Assembly (NCBI GenBank): GCA_963575745.1
Contig: CAUYUJ010000244.1
Location: 1 to 64,000 of the forward strand
Source of the DNA: Prorocentrum cordatum
Lineage: Eukaryota
Reading direction: 5' to 3'
Length of the DNA: 64,000 nt
Below, piece by piece: positions 15,369 to 28,730 of the stretch. Positions within the stretch are counted from its first letter, which is position 1; every line of letters begins with the position of its first letter. Under the pieces are notes generated by a model. The model was not told where the DNA came from. It searched no databases and saw only the letters and a list, made by a program, of their open reading frames with translations. The position numbers and the translations under genes were made by a program.

Positions 15369-17832
15369 GCGACAGCAGCGACAGCAGCGACAGCAGCGAC
15401 AGCAGCGACAGCAGCGACAGCAGCGACAGCAGCAGCAGTCGCAGCAGCTGCAGCCGCGACTGCAGCTGCAGCTGCAGCTGCAGCTGCAGCAGCAGCATCA
15501 GCAGGAGAAGGAGGAGGAGGAGGAGGAGGAGGAGGAGGAGGAGGAGGAGGAGGAGGAGGAGGGAGGAGGACGAGCAGCAGCTCCTGACCCAGAGGATCCC
15601 CTGGACGCGGCGCGTCCACGGGATCTTCTGGGTCACCCGCGGGGGCGCTAAGAGTGCGGTCTGCCCTTCTTCCCGGCCGCCGGCACGGCCTGGGCCCGAG
15701 CGGCTCCGGCGCCCTGCGCGGCAGTGGGCAGGCGCGCAGTGCCGCGGAGAGACCCAGCGCGCCAAGAAGCACGCTGCTCGCCTCCAGAGGGTGCCCTGGG
15801 CTTCTCCGAGCAGGGGAACAGAAGGTGACATTAACATAACAACTCGGATGTCCGCGCGGATTTCTCGGATCGGCGGTGGGGCCCCCCGGCGGCGCCTCCG
15901 GCGCCGCCCCTGGCGCGCTCCGCGCGCCGGGGAGGGGGGTCCAGCGCCGATCCGAGAAGTCTGCGCGGACCTCCCAGTTTTTATGTTGATGCCATTTCTT
16001 GTTCCCCTATGGAGTCTCGATGGTTTTTTGCGAGGGGGAGCGCGACGCTCCCACACCCCACAGATCGGTGGACGTCCTGGGGTCTCGGGGTCTGGCTTCC
16101 TGCGGAGGCGTCCTGTGGACTGGCCTCCGCGGTGAGGCGTGTGCTCGTGGCGCTGGCCTGCAGGGCGACGTGGGGCGGGGAGGAGGAAGTAATTATCACA
16201 AGGATTTGCGGGGGCGGGAAAGAGGGGGGTGATGACTAGGGGGGGGTGGATATCATGGCGGGGGCCATGCTATTTCCCCAGATTTCATGGCGCCTCTTCT
16301 TACTTCATCACGTCCCTGGCCCCCCCGCTGGGCCGCGCACGTGCCGCCGGTCATGATTTGCACCCCCCCCTCTTGGACACCCCCTCTTGGCCGCTCCCGA
16401 GATTTGGCTGGCGCCTCGCGTCCCCCGCACTCGCCCGTCCAGGACCGTCCCTCGGGTGAGCTGCCCTGGGCAGGGAAGTCACGTGGCGATCGCAAACGGA
16501 TCGCAGAAGAAAGGGCAGCCGTCAAGATGAAGCTCGGGACCAGCCGGGCAGAGCCAGGAGCCAGCCACGAAGGCATGTCGAAGCTCGCGCCGGGTGATCG
16601 AACCGAAGCTGGAGTCCACCCGAGCAGCCCCCCTGCAATGGGGCCACCTTGTGGCGCTCCCGAAGGTCTGGATGGGGAGCGCCCGGGGGCGGGTATTCTC
16701 CTCCTCCTCCTCCTCCTCCTTCTCCGCCCTCCTCCTCTTCCTCCTCCTCCTCCTCCTCCTCCTCCTCCTCCTCCTCCTCCTCTTGAGTCCCTCTTTGGAG
16801 CCTTCGGAGCCTCCTGCGGGTCACCCCCAGGGGCGCCAGGATCATCGCGCTCCGCGCGTCGCGGCCCGGGGCTGGAGAGCTGCCCTCCTCCAGGGCGGCG
16901 GCGCGGTGGCGCGGAGACAGCCGCGCAGCACGAGGCGCGCTGCGCGAAGCTTGGTGGCCCAGGACCCACGAGCTACAGTCGGCCCGGATTAGTAGGTCGG
17001 CCCTGCCAAAGCAAGGGTACCCTCGTGTCCTGTGTCTCGCGACCCGTGCTTCCTGCATTCCTGTGGCGATGTGGCCCTCGGAAGGGTCTTGTGTCCTCTC
17101 CGGTGTCCTGTCCAACGAAGTCCGACTGTAACGGATAAGACAATGGGGTCGCAAATGAGTCTTATAAGCTTGGTCCACGGCTTGATACCGGGCACGGCCG
17201 AATGCGCGCGGCGCCAAGCCGGGAGGCACATTTTGAGAAAAAAGGAACGCCCTCTATCCGTGAAGTTGTTGAAAACTTTAAGACGCTTGTGCGCGGCGCT
17301 ACGGATCCAAAAAAAACCATAGGTTAAAAGGGAACCGCCCTCAGGTTTGAAGCTGATGTGTGTTTTGAGAAATGGGAGCGCGCCTCCGAGGCAAAAGGCA
17401 CTTCTTGAAAAGGCCCCACCGTCCTTCCATGAAGATGTGGCAAATGTTCGGGACGAGTGCGCGCGGCGCTGAGGCGAGAACGACAGTTTGCAAATGCCCC
17501 CCGCCGTCCGCGAAACTGGCACACAGTATCTGAATACGAGTGTGCGTGGCACCGAGGCAGGACCCACACTTTGACGACCACCCCTCCTCCATCCGTGAAG
17601 CTTTTTTTGCCAAACTCCAAGCTTCAGAATCGCAAGTGGTGGGGACGTCTGAGGCGGAACGCCCAGCACACGCCCTGTCGATACAACTGGGGGTGCGGGC
17701 TGTCGCTCCTACTGACACCGGGGACACCCAGGACAGGGAGGAGCTGTTCAGAAGGAAAGGGATGGAGGCGGGGGGGAAGGGGAGGAAGAGGAGGAAAGGA
17801 GGAGGCGGAGGAGGAGGAGGAGGAGGAGGACA

Positions 17833-17863
<31 letters not shown>

Positions 17864-18103
17864 AGGAGAGGAGTAGGAGGAGGAGGAGAGGAGGAGGGGG
17901 AGAGAAGGGGTAGGTAGGAGGAGGGGGAGGAGAGGAGGAGGGGAGGAGGGGGAGGAGGAGGAGGGAGGAGGAGGAGGAGGGGAGGAGAAGGGAGGGAAAA
18001 AAGAGGAGGATGAGGAGGAGGGGGAAGCAGAGGAAGCAGAGGAGCAGGAGGAGGAGGGCGAGGCGTGGACGAATGAGGAGCAGGGCGCGATCGGCCTGTG
18101 CAG

Positions 18104-18132
18104 GCGCGGCCATTATCATCGGCCTCAGCCAG
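18104..18132 (+). CDS. SLC26/SulP exon 2 (GAAIIIGLSQ), 29-nt micro-exon
   Basis: tgtgcAG|GC acceptor and CAG|GC donor. Completes the SGFTSGAAIIIGLSQ motif in phase. Confidence 0.88.
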
Positions 18133-18497
18133 GCGCGCGGGTGGGCCCGACGCCGCGCTCTGCCCCGGCTGCCCCTGCTTCTGCCAGGCCCTCCTCCTCC
18201 TCCTCCTCCTCCTCCTTCTCCTCCTCCTCCTCCTCCTCCCTCGATCCTCCTCCTCCCTCGATCCTCCTCCTCCCTCGATCCTCCTCCTCCCTCGATCCTC
18301 CTCCTCCTCCCTCGATCCTCCTCCTCCCTCGATCCTCTTCCGCGCGTGCCACGGCTCGGTGGCGGGCGAGGGTGGGCAGGGAGAAGGAGAAGGCCTTCTC
18401 AGAAGGCGGCGGGACTTCTCAGAAGCCCCCGCCGTGGGCTGCGTCGTGGGCTGCTACCAGGAGGCTGAACACACGACGTGGCCGACCTGTGTGAGAG

Positions 18498-18593
<96 letters not shown>

Positions 18594-19814
18594 TCGTCGA
18601 GGTCGTCGCCGTCGTCGTCGCCGACGAAGGCCATGTCACCCCCAGGGGCCGCGAGGGTACTCGTTTGGGCGGGGGGCCCCCCAGGACTGGGATGCGAGTC
18701 GTTCCAGGGCGTGCTGGGAGCGAGCTCCGGGCGTCCCGGAGCACTCCGGAACGGTCACGGCGCGCACTGTTTCTCCAGAGCCGCCAGGTCTCAGAGATCC
18801 CCGATTTTCCGAAGCCAGGCGAAGGCTGGCAATACTGTGGCTGCGAAAACGGAGCTCCAGGACATTGTTTTTTCTTCCGGGAAGCAGCCTGCTTGCTATT
18901 TGGCGCGCTGAGCTTTACTCCTGGAACTCGTTTTCTCTTCTGGGACGACCGGTGTAGCAGCCACGGATCTGCCAGAGAGAGAGAGAGGAGGAGGAGGAGG
19001 AGGAGGAGGAGGAGGAGGAGGAGGAGGAGGAGGAGGAGGGCCTTCGCCCAGCTGCCGAGATGTGTCCCAGTCCGCTTCCGTCTCGGGACCGGCTTCGGCC
19101 TCCTCGTGGCTCGCGCGTGGCGGCCTGGGCCAGAAAGCGGCTGCCCTTCGCTCGCGGGGGTGGTGGGGGGCTTGGCATCGCTCGGACGTGAGCAGTTGTC
19201 CTTCGGCGAGGACCACCGAGGAGCATCCTTGATCATTTGGCGAGAAAAGCACGCACGAAACCGAAAAAAGCACAGGGAATGGACGTCCGAGCGATGGCGA
19301 GTGGGGGGGGCGCGAGGGTACGGAGACGCGACCGCTCACCCCGAGCGACAGCAAGCGGCAGGAGGGCGAAACAGGAAAGCGCACAGGCACCACTCATCCG
19401 CTATTCCCAGGAGAAGATGGGAAGACATGAGAAGGGGGGAGGTAGGAAAGACGGAACTCCAGAACACATTATATATATATGTGTGTGTGTGTATATATAC
19501 ATATATATATATGTACATATACATATATACATATATATATATATACGCAGCCCCCCCCCCCAGCACCCACGAAGTTCACATCGATCGTCGGGGCGTCCAT
19601 TCGCATTTTATCGCATTTTCACTGATCGATCCTCCTTTGAGCATCTATCCTCAGTCGTCTTCCTCCTATTCCTCTTCCTGCTGGCAGTCCCTTGCAGTTC
19701 TTGGCGTTTCCCGGTGTTACTCCCCCCATCGTCCTCCCTGTGCTGACTTCTCTCTCTTCCTCAGCTTCTGCCTGATTGTTTCGATGCTCCCCCCCGTCTT
19801 CCTCATTGACAGGG

Positions 19815-20405
19815 ATCCTTTTGACATCGGTTACTAAAGGAATCCGAGTGAAACCGGCTACACACGGAATGCTATTGAGATCGGCTGCAAAGGGAATCCC
19901 ATTGATACCCTTACAACAGACTTCGTATTGAAATCGTATTCAAAAGGAACCCTATTGAAATCAGCTACAAAAGGAAGCCGATTGAAATCTGTACAAAAAG
20001 AATCCGATTGAAATCGGCTACAAAATGAATCCTATTGAAATCGGCTACAACGGGAATCCTATTGAAATCCTCCTCCACAAAAGGAATCCTGTTGAAATCG
20101 GCTACAAAAGGAATCCGATTGACATTGGCTACAAAGGGAATCCGATTGAAATCCTTACAAAAGAGATCCTAATGAGATCGGCTGCAGAAGAAATCTTACT
20201 GTAATCGGCTATCAAAGGAATCCCATTGAAATCGGCTACAAAGGAATCCTTTTGAAATCGGCTACAAAGGATATCCGATTGGAATTCCCAACAAAAGGGA
20301 TCCCACTGGCATCGGCTGCAAAAGGAGTCTTAGTGAAACCCGATTCAAAAGGAATCCCATTGAAATCGGCTACAAAAAGATCCAATTGAACTTCTCCAAC
20401 AAAGG
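19815..20405 (+). repeat. ~28-bp AT-rich minisatellite (gaaatcggctacaaaaggaatcctatt)
   Basis: About 20 degenerate tandem units. Confidence 0.85.
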
Positions 20406-21590
20406 AAATGACAAACACAAGGTTCGCGAGGTCAGGGGTAATGAAACCCTGTGTTTTCATTTGGATGTTTGGGATTTTTGGGATGGAAATCAACGAAACC
20501 CTATGTTTTCATTTGGATTTTTTGGATTGTTGAGATTTGGGAGCCCTGCGAAAATACCACCGCCGCTCCTTCTCCAGGTCGGCGCCTTCAGAATCCCAAA
20601 AATCCAAATGAAAACACAGGGTTTGCGAGGTCAGGTGTGTGTAAGGAAACTTTGTGTTTTCATTTGGATTTCTGTGATTCTGCAGGCGCCGGCGTGGGGA
20701 AGGAGCGGCGGTGGTATTTTCGCAGGGCTCCCAAATCTTCAAAATCCCCAAAATCCACCTGAAAGCACCGGGTTTCGTCGATCTCCACCCCAAAAATCCC
20801 CAACATCCAAATGAAAACTCAGGGTTTCGTTGATCTCCATCCCAAAAATCCCCAACATCTAAATGACAACTCAGGGTTTCCTTACCCCTGACCTCGCAAA
20901 CCTTGTGTTTTCATTCGGATTTTTTGAATTCTGGAAGCGCTGACCTGGGGAAGAGCGGCGGTGGTATTTTCGTAGGACTCCAAAATCAAAAAAATCGAAA
21001 ACATCCAAATGAAAACACAGGGTTTCGCGAATTTCCATCCCAAAAATCACAAACATCCAAGTGAAAACACAGGGTTCCTTAGCCTTGACCTCGCAAACCT
21101 TGCGTTTTTATTTAGATGTTTTGGATTCTGAAGGCGCCGACCTGGGGAAGGAGCGGCGGTGGTATTTTCGTAGGGCTCCCAAATTCCAAAAATCCAGAAC
21201 ATCCATGTGAAAACGCAGGGTTTCGTTAAATTCCATTGCAAAAATCATATAATTCTGAAAGCGCCGACCTGGGGAAGGAGCGGCGGTGGTATTTCCGTAG
21301 GACTCCACAATCCCAAAAGTCCCACAAGTCCGAATGAAAACATGATTTCGTTGATTTCCATTTCAAAAATCCAAATGAAAACACAGGATTTCCTTGCCCC
21401 TGACCTCGCAAACCTTGCGTTTTTATTTAGATGTTTTGGATTCTGAAGGCGCCGACTTGGGGGAGGAGCGGCGGTGGTATTTTCATAGGGCTCCTGAATC
21501 CCAGAAATCCAGAACATCTTGGTGAAAACAGGGGGGTCGTTGATTTCCATTCCAAAAAAAAAACATCCCAATGAAAACACAGGGTTTGGT
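20405..21590. repeat. Higher-order satellite with units in both orientations
   Basis: Recurring gaaggagcggcggtggtattttcg, aaatgaaaacacagggttt and tgacctcgcaaacctt motifs and their reverse complements. Confidence 0.8.
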
Positions 21591-24500
21591 GATCCGACGT
21601 GACGGCGTGAAGGTTCCTACAAGCTGGTGTCATCCGTTGGGGAGGATGGTGTCCTTTAGCCTTCCGCTGCGCGCTGTGGCAGAGCGCGCGCCACGCCACC
21701 GTCAGACGTGAGAGCAAAGAGCCGACGCTGGGATGTTGGGAAGCGAATGCCGAGATTGGGAGGGAAGGAGGGAGGCAGAGAAGGGGATGAAATGAGAAGA
21801 AGAGCCAAGAGAAAGGGAGATTAGTAAACGCGTCGGCTGCGAATGCTGCGAATCGTGGGTGCTGGGGGGGCTGTCCATGTATATATATATATATATATAT
21901 ATAGATGGAAAAGTATAGGGGAAGGCCGGGATGTATGTGTCCTCTTATATGTATGTCCCTGGGCCCCATTCGAGGTGGCCGCACGTGACGGCGTGGACGG
22001 CGCGACGTTCCCACGCCAAGAGTCCATGGACGTCCTGGGGTCCCAGGGTCGGGTTTCTTGTGGAGGGCTTCTCGTGGACTGGCCTCCACTATTTCTGCGT
22101 GTGTTCCAGCCTCTTGTTACAGCTGGCGCGGGAGTTTGGAGCAACCGTAGCTTTCGAAGGGGTACTCCAATCTTCTTAGAGCGTGGTTTTTGTGTGTACA
22201 GTCGGGGCCATGAAGAAGGAACCCTTTTCGTTGGGGAGGGGCTCCGCGTTCCTTAGTTGTTTCGCAGCTTGCCTGAGGTTTTCCTTATGTTTTCGATCGG
22301 GCATCGAAGCTTAACTTAAAAAGGGGCCTCGTTCCTTATTTAGGGTTCCTTAGGTCAACGCCTCGACTGTATTCCAATCTTCTTAGAGCGTGGTTTTTGC
22401 GTGCACCCTCTGGGCCACAACGCGCGCCGTGCCCCCTGCCGCCCCCCCTCCACCCTCCCCTATAACGCAGCGCCCCCCCCCCTCCCCCCCGTCAGTGCGT
22501 CCCCGGCGCTGCCGCAGCGCGCCCAGCACCCAGTCTGGGGTGGGTGGGGGGGGGCTCCGTCGTGCCCCGCCCCATCCTCCTCCTTGTCCTCCTCCTCCTC
22601 CTCCTCCTCCTCCTCCTCCTCCTCCTCTTCCTCCAACTCCTCTTCCTTCTATTTCCCTTTCTCCCCTCCTGTTTCCCCCCCCCCCCCTCGTAGCGCCCGT
22701 CATGGCCGCGAATAGAAGGTGCGCTCCAGGGCAGTCGTGCGTCGCGGGGCGCTGCGGTGCAGCGCCGCACCCGCCCATGCCGAGCGCGCCCCTGCGCGGG
22801 CCCAAGCTCTGCCAGGCCCAGGCAGCTCGCGAGGCTTATGTACATTATGCCCCTCCTTTCCCCGCGTTACGTCGTGCCCCCATCCCCCGCCCCCCTTTCC
22901 CTTTCCCCCCCCATCGCGCCCGTTGTGGCCGCAAAGAAAACAAAGCAAATGCGCTCTCAGTGTTCGAGCCCTCCGCCGCGGATTGTTCTCTTCGTTATTG
23001 GGGTGCCTCCACGGGGCCCCTGGCCCTGCGGCGAGGGGCGCTCGTAGTTTTGGCCCGCGCTCTTTTGTTACCTTTCTCTGATCGCACTCCTCCCTCCTCT
23101 TCCTGCTCCTCCTCCTCCTCCTGTTCCTCGTCTTCCTCCTCCTCCTCCTCCTCCGCCTCCCCTCCTCCCTCCCTCCTCCCCCTCCTCCCGCCCTCCCTCC
23201 CTCCCTCCTCCTCCCGTCTCCGCGTCGTCCTCCTCCTCCTCCTCCTCCCTCCTCTCCTCCTCCTCTCCACCTCCTCCCCTCCTCCCCCACTCCGCCTCCC
23301 TCCTCCTACTCCTCCTCCTCCTCCTCCTCCTTCTCTCCTCCTCCTCAGTCTCCCCTCCTCCCTCCTCCTCCTCCTCCCCTCCTCCTCCCTCTCGCCTCCT
23401 CCTCCCTCCTCCTCCTCCTCCGCCTCCTCCTCCTCCCCTCCTCCTCCTCCCTCCTCTCTCCCCTCCTCTCTCTCCTCCTCCTCTCTCCTCCTCTCTCCTC
23501 CTCCTCCTCCTCCTCCTCCTCCTCCTCCTCACCCTCCTCTCCGCCTCCTCCTCCTCCTACTTTACTCCTCCTCCTCCGCCTCCTCCTCCTCCTCCTCCTC
23601 CCCCCTCCCTCCCTCCCTCCCTCCCTCCCTCCCTCCTCCCTCCTCCCTCCTCTTTCCTCCTTCCTTCTTCCTCGTCCTCCTCATTCCTCATTAATTCTTC
23701 TGCTCCTGGACATCCTGCTCCCTCCTGCTCCTGCTCGAGCTGCTCTTCGCTCGTAGTACCCCCTCCTTCCCTTCTCGTCCCCCGTCGCGTCGTGTCGTCC
23801 AGTTCATCCCCGTTCCCTCCTCTCTCCTGCTCACCCCGACTCTCCATGCTCCTCGCTCTCTCTCACTCGCTCGTGACCTCCGCCCGAATGCCACTGAGCG
23901 TGGACATCTATGGACGCCTCTGCGGCGCGGCAGCATCCCCGCCCGAATGTCCGCGAGTGCTCACGAGGAACGCTTGGCGCCTCTGCCTTCAGAGCCCCTG
24001 GCGGTCACCGCGGCCCTTGGGTGCCAGCGGGGGTGTCCCCTCCGAGGCGGAACAGCCGCTCCCCAGACGTCCTCCGATGTGCTCCGATCTGCTGCCCCAG
24101 AGCTCCCGACTCCTTCCCCTGGGGTAGTTTTGCCTCCCAGGTCTACGTTTGACAGCCCCGGAGATCTTGGCGACTCGATGTTGCTCGAGCCGGGCGTTTT
24201 CGCCCAGCGTCTTGCCCCGGGACCCTCGCGGATCGATCCAGCTCGAAAAATGATGCGGAAAGCTCGAGTCCAGGAGGAGGAGGAGGAGGATTTGGAGGAG
24301 GAGGAGGAGAGGAGGAGTGAGGAGGAGGAGGAGGGGGAGGAGGAGGGGGAAGAGGAGGAGGAGGAGGAGGGTTCCAGACGTGATTTGCCACGATGCTTCA
24401 ACTGTTTCGAGACGTCGGATCTCAGGAGGCCTGGAGGCCGCAAAACCGAAGAAAAAACACACCAGGACGGCTCGGCTCATAGTCATTGAGGAAGGGGAGA

Positions 24501-24748
24501 AAACATACAGACACAGATCATCGTCGACTCCCAGGGAGATGTGGACAATATTGGGAAGTGGACGGGGGGAAGAACATCCAGAAAATGAGGAAACCATCGG
24601 GAATCCTGGGGTTTGTGTCTATTTGTTTGTGTGGTTCTGGGCCTCTTGAATCGTATCGTCGGAGGTCTGGGCCAGGGGGTGCGGATGGCGCGGCGGCACA
24701 TCCGTGTCCCAGGGTTCCGTTGGCGCAGGCCACTTTGAGTGCGAGATC

Positions 24749-24989
24749 TAAGTCGGGCGCGTCCCTCTACAGGAGGAATACTCAACAAATAGGCAAGCAA
24801 TAGGTTGGGGAACTATTTTGGGGATACGTTTTGGCATTTTTGAATATTTGGGTTGGCCATTTGGGGAGCATGGTGTTTTGGCATTTTTTTTAGTTTTGCA
24901 AGTTTGCGTATTGTTGTATTTTTGGGGGCATTTTGGGAGTATTTTAAGTTTCGTCGAAAATCCGCTTGTAGGAAGACACGCCCGACCTG
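24749..24989. mobile_element. MITE family A with perfect 10-bp TSD
   Basis: TIRs plus the direct repeat GTGCGAGATC at 24739-24748 and 24990-24999. Confidence 0.8.
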
Positions 24990-25714
24990 GTGCGAGATCA
25001 TGGCAGGCCCCCTGACTCTTATTCTGCCGTATTTCCTGGGCGATCTCGCCAAGCGGGGCGGAAAGCGCCGCCTTGCTTTCAAGCTCCTCCTCTAGACGAG
25101 GAGGAGGAGGAGGAGGAGGAGGAGGAGGAGGAGGAGGAGGAAGGGAGGAAGGGAGGAAGTAGGAGGATGGCAGCTTCTGGGTGTTCTGGAGCCCCTGGGG
25201 GGCCCACCACTCTTCGCTCGCCGCCGGGGTCAGCCCCAGAGGGCCCCCCCCCCACGAGGGGGCGCCCTCCACTGGGGGCTCCTCTGCCGTCGCTGCTTCC
25301 GCCATGCCTGTGTGGAAATATCCGCCCCTATTTTCGGATGCGACTCCTGGGAGGTCAAACTCTGATCTAGCCCTGGTCCGAAATCCCGCTCAATCCGGCT
25401 TAATCCCGCTCAATCCCGCTTAATCCGGCTTGATCCCGCTTAATCCGGCTCAGTTCCGCTTGATCCGAGACCCGTTCTGGCTTGACAGCCCCCCAACGGG
25501 GCTTAATCCTCCTTAATCCTTCCGACGAAAAACCTCCCAGTAGTTGCCTCCTAACCTATTCTTCTAAGGCGGAAGTGTCCACCCTATTTGCTCGCATCGG
25601 TTCGGGGTGCATTTCCGACACAAGCTGAAGTCGGAGCATCAGCCAAAGCTGCGGGGTAGAGAAGCCGTCGATTCGAACAGACGCCGACGCCGACGCCGAC
25701 GCGGACCCCGACGC

Positions 25715-25771
<57 letters not shown>

Positions 25772-26713
25772 TGCTGATGGTCCCAAGGACGGCCCCAAGG
25801 AGGGCCCCGAGGAGGACCCCAAGGAGGGCCCCAAGGAGGGCCCTACTAGGAGGGCCCAAAGGACGGCCCCAAGGACGGGAGGGCACTTCTCCCGATCCAT
25901 GGATTTGGCGACCGCGCGCCAGATCCACGGATCGCCAATCCAGGCTTGCGCGCCCCCGAGCAGAGAGAGCGCGAGAGAGGCAGGAGCAAAAGGGAGAGAG
26001 AGAGAGAGAGGGCCTCCTCCTCCTCCTCCTCCTCCTCCTCCTCCCTCCTCCTCCTCCTCCTCCTCCCCCCTCCTCCTCCTCCTCCTCCTCCTCCTCCTCC
26101 TCCTCCTCCTCCTCCTCCACAGAGAGGGAGAGAGAGAGAGGCAGGAGCGAGCAACGAGCACTCCGGCGCCACCCACTGCTTGGCGCACCGCGCCCCCCAG
26201 GGAGGGGCGGGGGGATCGGGGTCCGGCGCAGATCCAAGCTCCTCCTCCTCCTCCTCCTCCTCCTCCGCCTCCTCCTCCTCCTCCTCATCCTCCTCCACTC
26301 CGCGCGGGCCGCCGAAAGGTTGCGTCTCCCCAGGGGACGGGGGACGAGGTCGGAGGAGGAGGAGGTGCTACCCAGACCTCTACCCTCCCCTCGTTTTCCC
26401 CTTTTTGGGCCTCTGGGGCCTCCGCCATCGTCACCGCTGGATCCGCCTCGAAGTCCTGGCCAGAACGCACCCCAGGAGAGGTCCCGGCAGTAGCGGCATC
26501 GGTACCTTCTGGTCTCCCCAAGAGGGGAAGCTGGGAGGGAGAAGGGAGGAGGGAGGAGGGAGCGAGTCAGACAGGGAGTGAGTGGGGTTGCAGCTGGGGT
26601 GGACGAGGGGGGAGGGGGGCGCGACGAGGACGAGGAGCCCCCCTCGGCCCAGCTCCCGCTTGCCGCGCCGCCAGCGGGAGCTGCGCCCGTCTCTCGTGCT
26701 GCCCCGTCGCCAG

Positions 26714-26767
26714 GTGAAGTATTTCCTCGGCTACGACCTGCCGAAGTCCCAGGTCGTCTACGTTACG
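26714..26767 (+). CDS. SLC26/SulP exon 3 (VKYFLGYDLPKSQVVYVT)
   Basis: cgccAG|G acceptor and ACG|GT donor. Matches 'LSQ(L/V)KY(F/I)LG' of SulP. An alternative donor at CAG|GT (26752) is possible. Confidence 0.87.
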
Positions 26768-27564
26768 GTCTGGCCGTGTGGCCGTGGCGGCGAAGATCCT
26801 GTCTGCATGCCTCGATGATTTGTGGTGATTGGCCCGGGTATGCTCGTGCGTCGAACGGGAAGCACACCGCGGCAGAGTGGGGATTGCTTCATCAGTCACC
26901 CGTTCATCCTACACTCTCGTGAATAGTTGTGTCAGATCATCTGCACATGTGGGCGGAGCCGACACAATGGGAGATCATGTGGTGCCTCTCTCGAGCGCTC
27001 AGACCGTCGTCCGAGTCGATGCTGGCTCGAAATGAGAGAGAAGTGCAGAAGTTTTGCCCTGAGCTCGTGCCTGCAGAAGTGGGCCTCCCCAGTCTCAAAA
27101 TATGCAGGCGACAGCCCAGATCGTCCAGGTGCAGCGGGGTCAGGAACTCGTCCAGTTGCAGCGGAGTCAGTCTTTTAAGAGGGCCCCCCTCTCTCAGATG
27201 GCAGGATCGGCGCAGCGTGGCTGACCGCCAACAGGGGTCGACCTCCCCAGCGCTCGCAAGCCGCCTCGGGGAGTCCACGACGCCCCCACAAGTCGGTTCC
27301 CCGGGCTACCCGCGGGGGCGCGAAGAGAATCGCGCCTTCGCGCGTCCCCGTCCAGGTCGGAGTGCTTGCCTTCCTCCAGAGGGGGGCAGTGTGAGTGCGC
27401 TGGGTCTCGCGGGCGCGAAGATAACCGCGCATCGCGGGCGCGGTGCGCGGAGTTGCGTGACCTGGGCTCTGCACCCAGTGGGAGGAGCCAAGAGGAAGAG
27501 GAGGCGGCGGCGGCGTACAGAGTGAGTCAAGTGACGCGCGGAAAGGTGGGGCGCACTGCGCAGT

Positions 27565-28220
<656 letters not shown>

Positions 28221-28474
28221 GCTCGTGCTCGCGCACTTGGCAGCTTGGCTGCACTCACTGCGAGGAAGCCTCCAGAGGGCAAAATGCGCAGGAGGGTGCT
28301 ATTCACGGTGGGCTCTTGACGCTGTCGTTGTCGACGCGGCGGCGGCCTCAGCGCGGTCGTGCAAGACCGAACGCCGCCAGCTGGCGTCGGCCGATCTGGG
28401 CTGCCGGAGCGCCGCGATCGGTCACGGGAGAACGATCCACCCGGTGCCGGAAATGAAGACGACACGAACCTCAG

Positions 28475-28637
28475 AGGAGGAGAAAAGGTACCCATACCTC
28501 TACCCTCCCCTCGTTTTCCCCTTTTTGGGCCTCGGAGGCCCTCGTCGCCACCGTTGGATTCGCCTTGAAATTATGGTCAGAAAGCACCCCAGGAGAGGTC
28601 CGGGGAGTAGCGGTATCGGTATCTTTTGGTTTCCCCA
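28475..28637. mobile_element. MITE-like family I (TIR aaaaggtacccatacctctac)
   Basis: Inverted termini. Second copy at ~26350-26522 and a diverged copy at ~60858-60982. Confidence 0.6.
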
Positions 28638-28675
28638 GAACCAGCCGTAGATGATGGAGCTCGCTCCGGCATCAG

Positions 28676-28730
28676 GTCCACAACATCATCCTGAGGTTGG
28701 GAGAGACGAACGGGATGACGCTGTTCCTTG
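28676..28730 (+). CDS. SLC26/SulP exon 4 (VHNIILRLGETNGMTLFLG)
   Basis: catcAG|G acceptor and TTG|GC donor. The phase 0 start and phase 1 end fit both neighbours. Confidence 0.8.

Larger units (their letters stand above)
19548..21873. mobile_element. 2.3-kb TIR-bounded element filled with tandem arrays and flanked by (TA)n
   Basis: cagccccccc(cccc)agcacccacga at 19548-19572 is inverted at 21853-21873. (TA)n lies just outside both ends. Confidence 0.55.

Noticed and set aside
19815..20405. ~28-bp repeats resembling a CRISPR array
   Set aside because: Units are contiguous and degenerate with no unique spacers; there are no cas genes and the context is eukaryotic.
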